From the NCBI GenBank assembly GCA_002269645.1, contig NIVC01000330.1:124001-188000 (forward strand): a stretch of DNA of 64,000 nt, read 5' to 3'. Under the pieces are notes generated by a model. It did not search any database, was not told the origin of the DNA, and worked only from the letters and a program-made list of their open reading frames with translations. Source of the stretch: Macrostomum lignano (lineage: Eukaryota). The position numbers were made by a program, and so were the translations under genes. Positions 46,401 through 60,071 of this stretch are shown here, piece after piece; position 1 is the stretch's first letter, and every line of letters begins with the position of its first letter.

Positions 46401-48542
46401 GTGTCGAAGGTCACACAGTTCAAGGACTACGTGGCTACACCGTACCGACGACGCGTGTGCGCCGATCGCTGGCTACAGGCGGCTGCCTGCCGCAGCCGAA
46501 ATACCCCGCCTGCTGCACTTCATCACCGACTCGGAGTTGGTGCTCAACGGCTATCGTCAGACTTTGGCCAGCTGCGCTGCAGTCAATCCAGACTGGACCA
46601 TCTACCTCTGGACAGAGCCGGATGTTGAGTCCCTGCTTCGTAGGCGGCAGCCCGATTTGCTCAGTTTTTACCAATTGTTGAATAGCCCGGCTGAACGGCT
46701 TGAGTTCGCCAAATATCCGGTGCTCTATCACCTGGGAGGTGAGCTTAGATATCCTACAGAGCCAAATGAAGCTGTTTGCAACATACTTAGAAATATGTAC
46801 TTTCTTTTGGTGTACTTGGCGTACCAAATCTACTCATCTCCAACGCACCGCTTTGTCACAATGTAGGAGTGATACTAGAGCTTGACGTTGAGTGCCTGAA
46901 GCCGCTGAGCTCTGCCACCGCCTTGGACTTTCGCAGTAGCGCCTTTGTGGCTGAGGAGCGCGTTGAGAACGTGATGATCTACGACAACAGGCTGTTCCGC
47001 TTGTCGCCAGCAGCTCTTGGGTCGAGACCTGGGCACGGATTTCTGGGCTTTGTGATCAGCGCTCTTCGAGGCAATGTGTCTGTGGAAAGTGAGCTGACTA
47101 ACTATCCATCTTTTATTTTCGAGCATGTATTCTTATATTAAATATACATAGTTTTACTACACGTAGTATTTAGGTCTCAGGTGTCCACTTTATAGAAATT
47201 AACTACCCTCCTGCGGTTAGCTACTGGAAAGTCACTCCAGTGCCTGCTGTTTGTTAATGGGAAGTCACTCCAGTCCATCTGTTAGTTGATGGGAAGTCAC
47301 TCCAGTGCCTGCTGTTAGTTGATGGGAAGTCACTCCAGTGCCTGCTGTTAGTTGATGGGAAGTCACTACAGTCCCTGCTGTTAGTTGATGGGAAGTCACT
47401 CCAGTCCATTCTGTTAGTTGATGGGAAGTCACTACAGTCCCTGCTGTTAGTTGATGGGAAATCACTACAGTGCCTGCTGTTAGTTGATGGGAAGTCACTA
47501 CAGTCCCTGCTGTTAGTTGATGGGAAGTCACTCCAGTGCCTGCTGTTAGTTGATGGGAAGTCACTCCAGTGCCTGCTGTTAGTTGATGGGAAGTCACTAC
47601 AGTCCCTGCTGTTAGTTGATGGGAAGTCACTCCAGTCCATTCTGTTAGTTGATGGGAAGTCACTCCAGTGCCTGCTGTTAGTTGATGGGAAGTCACTCCA
47701 GTGCCTGCTGTTAGTTGATGGGAAGTCACTCCAGTGCCTGCTGTTAGTTGATGGGAAGTCACTCCAGTCCATTCTGTTAGTTGATGGGAAGTCACTACAG
47801 TCCCTGCTGTTAGTTGATGGGAAGTCACTCCAGTCCATTCTGTTAGTTGATGGGAAGTCACTCCAGTCCATTCTGTTAGTAGATGGGAAGTCACTATAGT
47901 CCCTGCTGTTAGTTGATGGGAAGTCACTATAGTCCCTGCTGTTAGTTGATGGGAAGTCACTACAGTCCCTGCTGTTAGTTGATGGGAAGTCGCTACGGTC
48001 ACGGTTTGTTGATGGGAAGTCACTACAGTCACGGTTAGTTGATGGGAAGTCACTACAGTCACGATTAGCTGATGGGAAGTCACTACAGTCCCTTCGGTTA
48101 GTTGACGGGAAGTCACTACTTAGAAAGTGTGACCGTCTCAGTGAGAAAATTAATCGCGTAATAAATTGTCATAGCAACATTCTGGCTAGGTCCCAGCCTA
48201 GACCGAAACTTCCTGAGCGCCTGCTACCGCCAGTGGCTGACTCTGGACAATCACGGCCTCACCCTGACCGTCCTGCCATCAGAGGTGTTCTCCCCTAGCC
48301 TGGAGGACCGGGACACAATGCGGCTGCTCTGCGGCTACCATCGCCAGGCCAATTTGAGCGCAATATATCGACTTCGACACCGGGGCTGCGCGTTGCTCGA
48401 CGAAATCATCGAGGCCAACTCAACCGGCATCACCGACCGGACAGTGGCCGCCCACCAGCACCTGCAGCCGAGAGGCTGCAGCGACTGCAGGAGCTGCTGG
48501 CTAACGGCGAGAGCAGGGAATTTGCCGCCAATGACACACTGA
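46401..48542 (+). CDS. GT32-like (Gly_transf_sug, SUR1/Och1/A4GALT-type) glycosyltransferase, partial model; exons ~46401-46738, 46867-~47085, ~48170-48542; 5' exon not identified
   Basis: IPRLLHFI, NPDWTIYLWTE, LYHLGG|VILELDVECLKPL, SRPGHGFL, LGP. First junction GTGAGC/GTAG in phase; second junction uncertain. Confidence 0.7.
47220..48120. repeat. Intronic minisatellite, 33-bp unit GGGAAGTCACTCCAGTGCCTGCTGTTAGTTGAT
   Basis: Period 33 (GGGAAG at 47291 and 47324). Confidence 0.96.
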
Positions 48543-48587
48543 CTGGGCGGTTTAATGCAACCCAGCTGCTGAGGGCACGCCATTTCG

Positions 48588-48812
48588 CCAGACTGTCTGC
48601 TGATCGTGCGTGAATATTAACCAGACTGTCTGCTGATCGTGCGTGAATATTAACCAGACTGTCTGCTGATCGTGCGTGAATATTAACCAGACTGTCTGCT
48701 GATCGTGCGTGAATACTAACCAGACTGTCTGCTGATCGTGCGTGAATATTAACCAGACTGTCTGCTGATCGTGTGTGAATATTAACCAGACTGTCTGCTG
48801 ATCGTGCGAAAT
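48588..48812. repeat. Minisatellite, 33-bp unit CCAGACTGTCTGCTGATCGTGCGTGAATATTAA (~7 copies)
   Basis: Direct tandem copies just after the GT32 stop. Confidence 0.95.
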
Positions 48813-49179
48813 ATTGGCCAGACACAAGACTGACTCTCTCCGCGTCTTTAGAAGTAAAAAGCTGAAGAAAACAAAACTAGTTGAACGCAAAGATATATTC
48901 TTTACGCAAGATAAGCCACCCTCAGTAGTTTAAAGGACATCAGCACTCATTTTTGTTTGAGAATTGTTCCAAACTGGAAACGAAGCCTAAAGACTAGTTT
49001 CTAAATCTTCAGTAGATAGAAGAGATCCTTTCAAATGTTTATTCACCCCAAATGAGAGCAAAAGCGAGCACCGGCAGATAGTCCGAGCTGTTCCCAAAAG
49101 CGAGTGATGAGAGAGGCCTATCGTGTGTAATATACCATTTTTAGGTCAATCGAGCCTTTGATTTAACAGTGAGAATTAA

Positions 49180-49337
49180 GCTACTGAAGACTTGCTTTTC
49201 ATTGTCTATGGCCGAAAGGGGGTCTGTGAAGTAACCAATTGGTGAATTTAGGCGCGCAATAAATCCCAACTCTCCGATTGGCTGCTACACAGAACCCCTT
49301 TTGGGCCATAGACAATGAGAAGCAAGTCTTCAATAGC
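49180..49337. mobile_element. 158-bp MITE-like foldback element with ~49-bp TIRs
   Basis: GCTACTGAAGACTTGCTTTTCATTGTCTATGGCC..GGGGGTCTGTG is a near reverse complement of CACAGAACCCC..GGCCATAGACAATGAGAAGCAAGTCTTCAATAGC; no clear TSD. Confidence 0.7.
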
Positions 49338-49695
49338 CTGAGACACCCCTCGTGAAACACAATATTACATTGTCAGCAAATAAATATCCTATGACCAGTC
49401 ATGTCTCACATATCCTACTTAGTACAGCAGTAAGTCCATTCGATGCGTGTAGTCTGGTGGAAAATTTGTTTATTTACCTTTATCCCTTCGAGCATCAAAC
49501 TATGGTTTTCAATATTACTATTATTCTCTATCCTACTCTCATTTTGGATCCAATCTATAAAAATGATACTATCAATTAATTTATGCTAGCTGTATCGTAC
49601 AAAGGGAGAATGCGAGAAATCTTTTATTTTAAATAAACGTATTCCTTCTACTTATTAAGTTGAACTATAATTAAGTTTATTATAGTTTAATTAAG

Positions 49696-50190
<495 letters not shown>

Positions 50191-51749
50191 GCAGGCGAAA
50201 TCTACAGAAAAGATTGCCCACCTGGTCAAAGCTATAGATGAAAACTGCAAGAAAGAGTGCCCAAAATGGTTCACTCTCAGTTGTGACCTAAGGTAAAGCA
50301 CCGGCAGATAGTACGAGCTGTCTCAATATTGTTGCAAAAATTACCTGGATTAGAGTATTGGAATACCTGCTATCTGCTACTTGGTTATTTGGGTTTTTGC
50401 TGTTATCTCATATCTTTTATCTTTGTTCTTGTCTTCTGCTGACTCTTTGTTCGATGGTTTTTTCTTCCCACGAGACAGTTCTTCTCTCTTTCACAAGCGC
50501 TTCTTTTTCAGCCGGGTTCTCAGTTCTCAACCCCAGCAACAGTCAACTTGTGAGCTGCCTGCCGGCTTTCTGTGCTCAGCGAGCGCCTTATCGCGGCTTT
50601 TGAGTAGAAATTGCTGGCTCAACAACAGGCTTCGAGTCTTTATCTGGTGCCGACTTTGCCCCCTTTCGGCTGAAAGACTGTCGAGGTTGAAGGAATAAGA
50701 ATTACAAGCTCTCTGTCTCTCTCTCTTCTGTTGCTGCAGGAAACCAGCCTTATCTGGCCGGAGACCCTCCTGGCCTGCTCTTCATGTTTGCCCAGCAGAA
50801 GTTTCCAAACGCATTTGAGCGAGGGGAGGGCTTGGATAATACCTTTGAAACCCCTGCAAGCAAGGTGGCGGGCAATTCGAAGGATAAGGGACTGACTGGG
50901 TGCGTAGAGGGGTTCCCACAGGCAGACGGACGAGCCTTATCGCTTATCCAGCCCCACTCCCCCACTCACCGACCTAGTGCTGGAGTAAAAACGTAATATA
51001 GATTGCCTTTTATCCGCTGAGGCCCTTGGAGTGTTAATCATTGTATGAGCCGCATGCCCCCTTTATCTTATCGACGCATTTCAAGCCTCATGTACAGTCA
51101 TGGCTGACTGGCCGGGCCCCTCTGTTCGAACCCATAAATACGCGGGAAAGCCGGGCCCGCCTCTTTCAGACAGGAGACGCTTTCAAAATTCCAACCAGAA
51201 ATTGGAAGAACAGGCTTTCTCGTTCATTTCTAAGTAAGTAGACTCTGGATTTTCTGTGCAACTTTTGGCTGAGATGTTTTATTTAGCTTGCAAGCTCAGT
51301 GGAGAGAGTTGTATCTCGTCCTGACACGGACTCAATTCGGCGCTGTGCAATACCAGCGGCTGTACAATCGCCAAGATGAGATTCAACTCCTCCAACTGCA
51401 CTTGGCGAGACTGACCAGCTGCACCAGACTGACCACACTTCCGTTCTCTCACGGCTTAAATCTAAGGCAGTTAATATTATGATAAAAAGTAAATTTCAAA
51501 GTATTGATGTAGTAGCTAACAATATTTCAAAGTTTTGCATTCAATGTGACCATTTTGGGTTGATTCCTACCTTAAAGTATGTCAGATACTACTTCAAATA
51601 CCGTGTGCAAAGCGTTAATTTCGTTTCGAACTTTTCCGTATCATAAATAATAATAAGGAGAATTGCAGGAGGCTTATTCGTGCAACGCCTTAGGCAACAT
51701 GGTCCCACAACCAGCGCAGAGGCAATTCTAGCCATTCCACTGGCTCCTG

Positions 51750-51880
51750 AGCACACGCACTCATAACACACGCTCACACAGGGTGTACAGCGGCCCTGAC
51801 TTTCTACTCATCAGGCATGTACACTCTCTGTGCCTAATTGAATTGGGGGTTGGCCATTGTGGCGTATGTATCGCACGACA
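51750..51880 (-). mobile_element. Partial SINE family B copy
   Basis: CTCACACAGGGTGTACAGCGGCCCTGACTTT..GGCATGTACAC matches 5056-5300 and 55880-56143. Confidence 0.6.
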
Positions 51881-52849
51881 TGAATCACTTCCCCGCCCGA
51901 AGAAAGTTACAGTGACCAAAAAGTGATGGTTTGAATGAATAGTTAGTACTTGTCCTTACATGTAGATTCTGGTTCAGGGACTTAAAGAACTACTCGATTT
52001 CTTGCTAAATCCCTGACATGCTATAAATTTCTACAAGTATCCAAAGTCAATATTCATTAGACTTAGTTTGATCGTTATGAGACTACAATAATCCTGTCCT
52101 AATCCTGTCCATATCAACAATTGCTCCATAGATGAGCAGAGCCTGGAGGCTGGGCTAAAGCACAGTCCAGAAGTGACGCGACGGGCCTTTCAGTTCAGTA
52201 TTAGAAATACAGTAGAAATAATCAATTAGCCTAATCTCCGCCAGGAAATTTCACTTTTACTAAAAAAGCAGGCAGTCGAGAAATCAATTAGATTGGATCG
52301 AATGACGTTAGAACAGGTTTCCTATTAATAGGAGCAATAAGTACAATTTCTTAAATTGTATCAAATTCCACAGAAATATCACCGACGGATACGAGTCGAT
52401 GACTTTAGTTTGCAGACAAAATAGTTGGCCATTGTTTCAGCCTAAGCCGGTGTTTAAACCATAGACAACTTGTAGGTTGAAAAGCGGTTTTTCTGTTTCA
52501 GGAACTTCTCAAAGGAACTACCATAAGTGCTCCTGAGTCGTTCTTTGCAGCGGCTTGGATTCCTACGGCACCAAGTTCGGCTCCATCTTCGTCAAGAGGC
52601 AGCTCCAGTAATTTTAAAAATGCATCTTTAAGCCACTTGATAAATGCACTCGTTGAGATGATTCCTTGAACTAAGCTCAGATAGTATTTGAAATTCATTG
52701 CTATTCACTCCGTTAAAGCTTTCCACCGGAAGATGCGATCAATCGATAAGCGCCATCGCTAAAAAAAGCTCACTATCAATCATCGCTCTCTATATCTCTC
52801 CCTCCTCGTCAGTTCAAGCCTCTGCAGTCTACCATCTGATTATTGATTT

Positions 52850-53310
52850 ATAGTCTATGGCCAAACCAACTGATTATTCATCTAAAGTCTATGGCTAAAC
52901 CAACTGATTATTCATCTATAGTCCATGGTCAAACCATCTGATTATTCATCTATAGTCTATGGTCAAACCAACTGATTATTCATCTATAGTCTATGGCCAA
53001 ACCAACTGATTATTCATCTATAGTCCATGGTCAAACCATCTGATTATTCATCTATAGTCTATGGCCAAACCAACTGATTATTCATCTAAAGTCTATGGCC
53101 AAACCATCTGATTATTCATCTATAGTCTATGGTCAAACCAACTGATTATTAATCTATAGTCTATGGCCAAACCATCTGATTACTCATCTATAGTCTATGG
53201 CCAAACCATCTGATTATTCATCTATAGTCTATGGCCAAACCAACTCATTATTCATCGAATCTATGGCCAAACCAACTGAATATTACCCTAGTCTATGGCT
53301 AAACCAACTA
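52850..53310. repeat. Minisatellite, 34-bp unit TAGTCTATGGCCAAACCAACTGATTATTCATCTA
   Basis: Period 34 (AAACCAAC at 52863 and 52897). Confidence 0.95.
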
Positions 53311-53745
53311 AAGCACATCGTTCATACCGATTTTGTCACTAACGATGCCCAACACTGGTGAAGATTAGGCATTATGAAAGTGAAGGATGCTCTAAACCTT
53401 TATGCGATTTAAAATTTTATCATGTGATTTTGTTGTAAAGTGGTGTCTTAATTTAAACTTTTGTCCAGGTGAAATTTAGGTCTTACAAAACCCGGAACCC
53501 CCCATTCGTTGCAAAATGCACCATCAAGATATGAAATTTGCAGCTTTACTCTCTACATATCCTCTTTACCATTCCTGCGTCACCAATGTCAAATAAGATG
53601 GCGAGTTTTTTCAGCCAGCAAAAAGTTTTTGTAAGCTCCTCCTGTAATTTTGAGGAGCGGCGTGATTCTCATCGGTTTTATTTAGTTCAATCTGCGTCCT
53701 GACTCTCTTATTGACATGAGAAATTTGGTCAGAGAGCCTCTCAAA

Positions 53746-54051
53746 CTACCAGGCCTGCGCTACAAATGGATGCCGCGCCGCCCTTTTGATCGACGCCACC
53801 GCAGGCGGGCGCCACCGATGATGGCTTTTCTCCGCCGGGTTCCGCCGCGGCCACCACGGCGCTTTGATCTCCGCCGCCTCGAGTGCGTCGACCGCCTCCG
53901 CATCCGCCGCCGACAGCGAGTCAGCAGCCACTTCAACAGCCTCGTCATCGCGGCCGAGACGAAAGCCGGAGCAGGAAGGCGTCAGAAGCAGAGAGCTCAA
54001 ACAGAGCAGAGCCAGCGCCACGGCTAGCAGGCTTGATGCAGTGCGCAGCAT
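53746..54051 (-). CDS. Putative secreted neuropeptide precursor (101 aa)
   Basis: ATG start; hydrophobic signal MLRTASSLLAVALALLCLSSLLLTPSCSG; FRL-G-R immediately after; acidic spacer; RR and KR sites; GC-rich coding-like composition. Confidence 0.65.
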   Translation of the reverse strand: MLRTASSLLAVALALLCLSSLLLTPSCSGFRLGRDDEAVEVAADSLSAADAEAVDALEAAEIKAPWWPRRNPAEKSHHRWRPPAVASIKRAARHPFVAQAW

Positions 54052-54134
54052 CTCTGCGAGGAATTTGGATCAGGAAATCCGGAGCATGCAATTGCGTCTT
54101 AGCTCGATTTTTCCTGATGAGACATGATATGAGT

Positions 54135-55086
54135 TACATTCAGTTTGTCACTCTGAAACACATTTGCAGCTTGTCACTCTGAAACACATTCAGTTTGTCA
54201 CTCTGAAACACATTCAGTTTGTCACTCTGAAACACATTCAGTTTGTCACTCTGAAACACATTCAGTTTGTCACTATGAAACACATTCAGTTTGTCACTCT
54301 GAAACACATTCAGTTTGTCACTATGAAACACATTCAGTTTGTCACTCTGAAACACATTCAGCTTGTCACTCTGAAACACATTCAGTTTGTCACTATGAAA
54401 CACATTCAGTTTGTCACTATGAAACACATTCAGTTTGTCACTCTGAAACACATTCAGTTTGTCACTATGAAACACATTCAGTTTGTCACTATGAAACACA
54501 TTCAGTTTGTCACTCTGAAACACATTCAGTTTGTCACTCTGAAACACATTCAGTTTGTCACTCTGAAACACATTCAGTTTGTCACTCTGAAACACATTTG
54601 CAGTTTGTCACTCTGAAACACATTCAGTTTGTCACTATGAAACACATTCAGTTTGTCACTATGAAACACATTTGCAGTTTGTCACTCTGAAACACATTCA
54701 GTTTGTCACTATGAAACACATTCAGTTTGTCACTATGAAACACATTCAGTTTGTCACTCTGAAACACATTTGCAGTTTGTCACTCTGAAACACATTCAGT
54801 TTGTCACTATGAAACACATTCAGTTTGCCACTATGAAACACATTCAGTTTGTCACTCTGAAACACATTTGCAGCTTGTCACTCTGAAACACATTCAGTTT
54901 GTCACTCTGAAACACATTTGCAGTTTGTCACTCTGAAACACATTTGCAGTTTGTCACTCTGAAACACATTCAGTTTGTCACTATGAAACACATTCAGTTT
55001 GTCACTCTGAAACACATTCAGTTTGTCACTATGAAACACATTCAGTTTGCCACTATGAAACACATTCAGTTTGTCACTCTGAAACA
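54135..55086. repeat. Minisatellite, 24-bp unit CAGTTTGTCACT(C/A)TGAAACACATT with 26-bp variants
   Basis: Direct tandem copies immediately upstream of the neuropeptide-like ORF. Confidence 0.97.
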
Positions 55087-55879
55087 TATTTACATGTAAT
55101 TTAGGAGACAGACATCTGGAGCATGGAACTCTTTCTTAGGCTCACAATTTTTTTATTTGGCTTTTTACAATCATAAAACGGTCTTGAGTTTATTTGAGTT
55201 TCAAATGTCCAGCAGCAGTTTTTATCCAATTTGATAAAAAACAAAACGCTAAACGACTACTGAAAAGAAACTTCTGTTATTACGTTACTGTCTCAAATTT
55301 TTCAAGGCTACTTAAAGTAAGACGGTAAAAAAGTATGAAAGACAAATAAAATTTCTGCGATTCTGTATCGGACTGAATTGCAGATGCACTCCAGACAGCA
55401 AGGCTGTTGAGGCTGCTGAGCTTAGCTTAGCTTTTAAAGCCTTTCTCTACTACCTAAGTAGCCTATACTGCAGCATTGAGAGGGCCAAAAGCTACCTCTG
55501 TTAGTGACTTCTTTTTTTTGCACACAACAGGAACAGACAATACAGTCAAAGCAGATGCTCATAGCTCAAGCAACTACCCGCTTTCCGGCCTTTTGAAATC
55601 CCTTTACCGGCTCAGGAAAATTTGTCAACTAAAATCTGCATCCATAAATTCATATTATTTTTTCAAATGCGTCACCATGGAAGGCTTAGATTTCTAGCAA
55701 TAACAGTTGCACTTGCAATTTCTTCGAACTGATGATGGCATTGAGGCTGCGATATTCAACTGTTATTGATTTTACAAGCCGACAAGCAAGAGACGGCTAG
55801 GTTTTGGGTTCGGTAGGGGTTTTTAGAGGGTGTTGTGCTTTATGACTTTAAGCGACATTGTCACACAACCGGCGAGAGG

Positions 55880-56143
55880 CATTGCTGCCCATTACGACGA
55901 CTCCCCTGATACGTACGCAGTCATACGCACAGGCACACACACAGGAATGTACAGCGGCCCTGACTTTATTTATCGTTAGGCATGTACACTTCACTTCACT
56001 GTGCCGTGGGGTTGGGCCTCAAGGCCGTTAATTGCACGAGCAGAGCCAAGCCGAGATTCCAATTTAGCCCCAAATTTATGTGACTGCACTTGGAATCGAG
56101 CCTGGGCCGCTGGCGCATCAGAGCGCCGCGTTGGATCACTGGG
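55880..56143 (-). mobile_element. Most complete SINE family B copy (tRNA-like head)
   Basis: Minus strand CCCAGTGATCCAACGCGG..GGCTCGATTCCA (A/B-box-like); body shared with four other copies in the window. Confidence 0.7.
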
Positions 56144-56679
56144 GTTATGATTTTTAGGTTAGAGTTAGGGTTTACGGGCTCGTGGGTTAAGGGTCTTAGG
56201 GTTTGGGTTTAGGAAGTTTAGGGTTTGAGATGAAGGGCAATTTTTGCTCCAATTTTTTTGCGTTTTAGTTTGATAGCAGAAGGTGAAGCAACCGGTTATA
56301 AAGTGCTCAAAATGCAGGGTCTTTTATTTAGCTAACGCAGTGCAATGATATAGAGCTTTTTCTTTAAGTTTCGAGTGACAAAGTTACTTCTCGAAGTTAA
56401 GGCAAAATATTCGGATTCATAATTACTGCCTGCATATCCGGGTTCGGCCCAGATGGGGGACTGGGGAGGCGACTAATGATGCTGCGCCCATCTGTGCGTG
56501 CCTTCGCGTTTCCGGCATCGGCAATATCTGGGTCTGGACAGCACCTCAAAAGGCTTTGTTTTAGCCGGATTTAGTTTGATTTCTTAATTATGAATATGAA
56601 ATGCAATACGTGTAATTACGCATTTTTACCTGACAAAATCTCTGTGTACGCTCGTACTTTCGCAAATGCAGTATTATAA

Positions 56680-57485
56680 TGTACACAGTAGCACATGCTC
56701 ACAGTATCATGTACACAGTAGCACATGCTCACAGTATCATGTACACAGTAGCACATGCTCAAAGTTTCATGTACACAGTAGCACATGCTCACAGTTTCAT
56801 GTACACAGTAGCACATGCTCACAGTATCATGTACACAGTAGCACATGCTCACAGTATCATGTACACAGTAGCACATGCTCACAGTATCATGTACACAGTA
56901 GCACATGCTCACAGTATCATGTACACAGTAGCACATGCTCACAGTATCATGTACACAGTAGCACATGCTCACAGTATCATGTACACAGTAGCACATGCCC
57001 ACAGTATCATGTACACAGTAGCACATGCTCACAATGTCATGCACACAGTAGCACATGCTCGCAATGTCATGTACACAGTAGCACATGCTCACAGTATCAT
57101 GTACACAGTAGCACATGCTCACAGTATCATGTACACAGTAGCACATGCTCGCAATGTCATGTACACAGTAGCACATGCTCACAGTATCATGTACACAGTA
57201 GCACATGCTCACAGTATCATGTACACAGTAGCACATGCTCGCAATGTCATGTACACAGTAGCACATGCTCGCAATGTCATGTACACAGTAGCGCATGCTC
57301 GCAATATCATGTACACAGTAGCACATGCTCGCAATGTCATGTACACAGTAGCGCATGCTCGCAATATCATGTACACAGTAGCACATACTCACAGTATCAT
57401 GTACACAGTAGCACATACTCACAGTATCATGCACACAGTAGCACATTCTCAAAATGTCATGTACACAGTAGCACATGCTCACAAT
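56680..57485. repeat. Minisatellite, 30-bp unit GTACACAGTAGCACATGCTCACAGTATCAT
   Basis: Direct tandem copies. Confidence 0.97.
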
Positions 57486-57964
57486 TTCCTGTAAACAACA
57501 GCAGATAGATAATTTTTAAACAGCGTTGTACAAGCTGTAGTGTTTCCTTGTAGTTCCGTTAATAGTGCAAGTGCTTGCTGACTGATCACGCAATTATTTT
57601 CATCCGTTGAAGTGTCGCACAACTCCCAATCTCCCCAATGTAGTGTGTGCAAAAAAATATCGGAATGTGTTTGTCCAGTGCAGTGGAACTTTCAGTTCTG
57701 CAGAAAATTGGCTCATTGGAGAGTTTATGACGAGAGCCTCTTGACACAGTCAGCTGGTGACTCCGGCAACTTATTGCATCCCACAGAATGAGAAAGGAAA
57801 TTCACTTTCTTAACACCAATTTTTCTCCTACAGAATTTATTACCAAGTGTCCAGACTAGGGGACGCTGGGGGGGCTTAATTTTCTTAGAAAAGTTATACA
57901 GGTTTACCTAAACTGCTGTACGGATTATAATGAAATAGCGGCAGCCTTTCATTAACAATTTTGT

Positions 57965-58550
57965 TTGTGTTTGAATGTGTTTGAATGTGCTTGAATGTAT
58001 TTGAATGTGTTTGAATGTGTTTGAATGTGTTTGAATGTGTTTGAATGTGTTTGAATGTGTTTGAATCTGTTTGAATGTGTTTGAATGTGTTTGAATGTAT
58101 TTGAATGTGTTTGAATGTGTTTGAATGTGTTTGAATGTGTTTGAATGTGTTTGAATGTGTTTGAATGTGTTTGAATGTGTTTGAATGTGTTTGAATGTGT
58201 TTGAATGTGTTTGAATGTATTTGAATGTATTTGAATGCGTTTAAATGTATTTGAATGTGTTTGAATGTGTTTGAATGTGTTTGAATGTGTTTGAATGTGT
58301 TTGAATGTGTTTGAATGTATTTGAATGTGTTTGAATGTGTTTGAATGAGTTTGAATGTATTTGAATGTGTTTGAATGTATTTGAATGTGTTTGAATGTGT
58401 TTGAATGAGTTTCAATTTGTTTGACTGTTGTTTGAATGTGTTTGAATGTGTTTGAATGTGTTTAAATGTGTTTGAATGTGTTTGAATGTGTTTGAATGTG
58501 TTTGAATGTGTTTGAATAAGTTTCAATTTGTTTGGCTGTTGTTTGAATGT
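57965..58550. repeat. 10-bp tandem repeat (TTTGAATGTG)n
   Basis: Direct observation. Confidence 0.97.
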
Positions 58551-58939
58551 CTGAATGAAAAGCACACGTTTGCTTAATTTGCAGTTCGGAAGTCCAGAAA
58601 GTGAGACATTGGGAGTTAAGCAGAAAACAGAAAATTCCTGTCTTTCTGGCATTTTGCAGCGAAAGTACGCGGTCAGTTTAGGCTCACCAATTCTCGCTCA
58701 AATATGCAGTCGGCTGCGCAGTGAAGAACCAACACTGACTGGATCAGTTAGTGACGGAGATTCGGGGCTGGCGGCTGAGGAATCAAAACGGGAAATGTGA
58801 AGGAAGCGAAATTTCGAGGGCGGAACTCATAGGCGATCTGAAGCATCGTGGCAACTGATCAACTGTGATTTGTCGGCAAGCCTTAGGCCATCCAGTCATC
58901 CTGCCATCCAGTCAGTGATTTTATTGTCGCTGATGGCAG

Positions 58940-59197
<258 letters not shown>

Positions 59198-59969
59198 CTT
59201 CCCTTTCACTTCAGTTTTTCCATTTCCCTCCCGCCCTCATTTTTGCTACACCGAAGTATTCTGCATCTTTTCACAGTATCCATTTCATAATTACTTTTTT
59301 ATTTTTAAACTAAATCCTTTTTCCTGAGTTTTTCCTAGAATTAAAAATCGAAATGCAGGTTGCCATTAGGCCTAGCGATGCACCATCAGATTGGTGGGTC
59401 TCATTGTTTTCAATGGATATTATTGAACAGTTTCAATCAAGCTTCTATCCGACTACAACGGAGTGATAGCGTCCCATTGAGTCTATTCAACTCAGCTCGA
59501 AATTCAAAGATTGTGTGTCTATTCACTCGCAAAAATTGATGCACCGAATTCATAAATTAAATTAAAAAGATCAATCTAATGAAAAATTGATTCCCATCAG
59601 CGGAACATGATTCACGAATCTCCAGCTGCTTCAGTGACTAACGTGGCATGCTGCTTTTTCACAACCTCAGCCAGACAGCAGAGCCTGCCGAACATGCGGG
59701 CGAAATTGTACGAAGCAGTTGCGAGATAAAGAATCCACTATTCTACTATCAGTAGGCTCTAAGGAAAACATAAAAACCAAAATTTCTATGTAGCATCTGT
59801 CAGCCAATCAGATTAAAGTAACTTTTTTCAAAAGGAAAGTGAAATGGTCCAGGATTTTTATTTTTAATCAGACCGGCGGGGCTGGAGGCAAAAACTTTCA
59901 GGACATTCGCACACAAGGCTGAGAAGAGAAAGGCTGGGACAAATCCAACTCAGGTGAGTTTTCTATCTC

Positions 59970-60026
59970 TTGTCTGCCTGTCTACCTGTATTAGTGTGTG
60001 TCTGTCTTAGTGTCTGTCTGTCTTAG

Positions 60027-60071
<45 letters not shown>

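Noticed and set aside
47220-48120. CRISPR-like array (33-bp repeats; also the other 30-34 bp arrays)
   Set aside because: Units are head-to-tail without unique spacers, there are no cas genes, and the context is eukaryotic.
54112-54165. Hammerhead-like CTGATGA...GAAAC (and CTGAAGC..CGAAAC on the minus strand near 9271-9292)
   Set aside because: Stem II does not close next to GAAA in the first, and the core lacks CUGANGA in the second.
56144-56230. Degenerate TTAGGG-like tract as an interstitial telomere
   Set aside because: Short and highly degenerate; compatible with low-complexity or non-autonomous element DNA.
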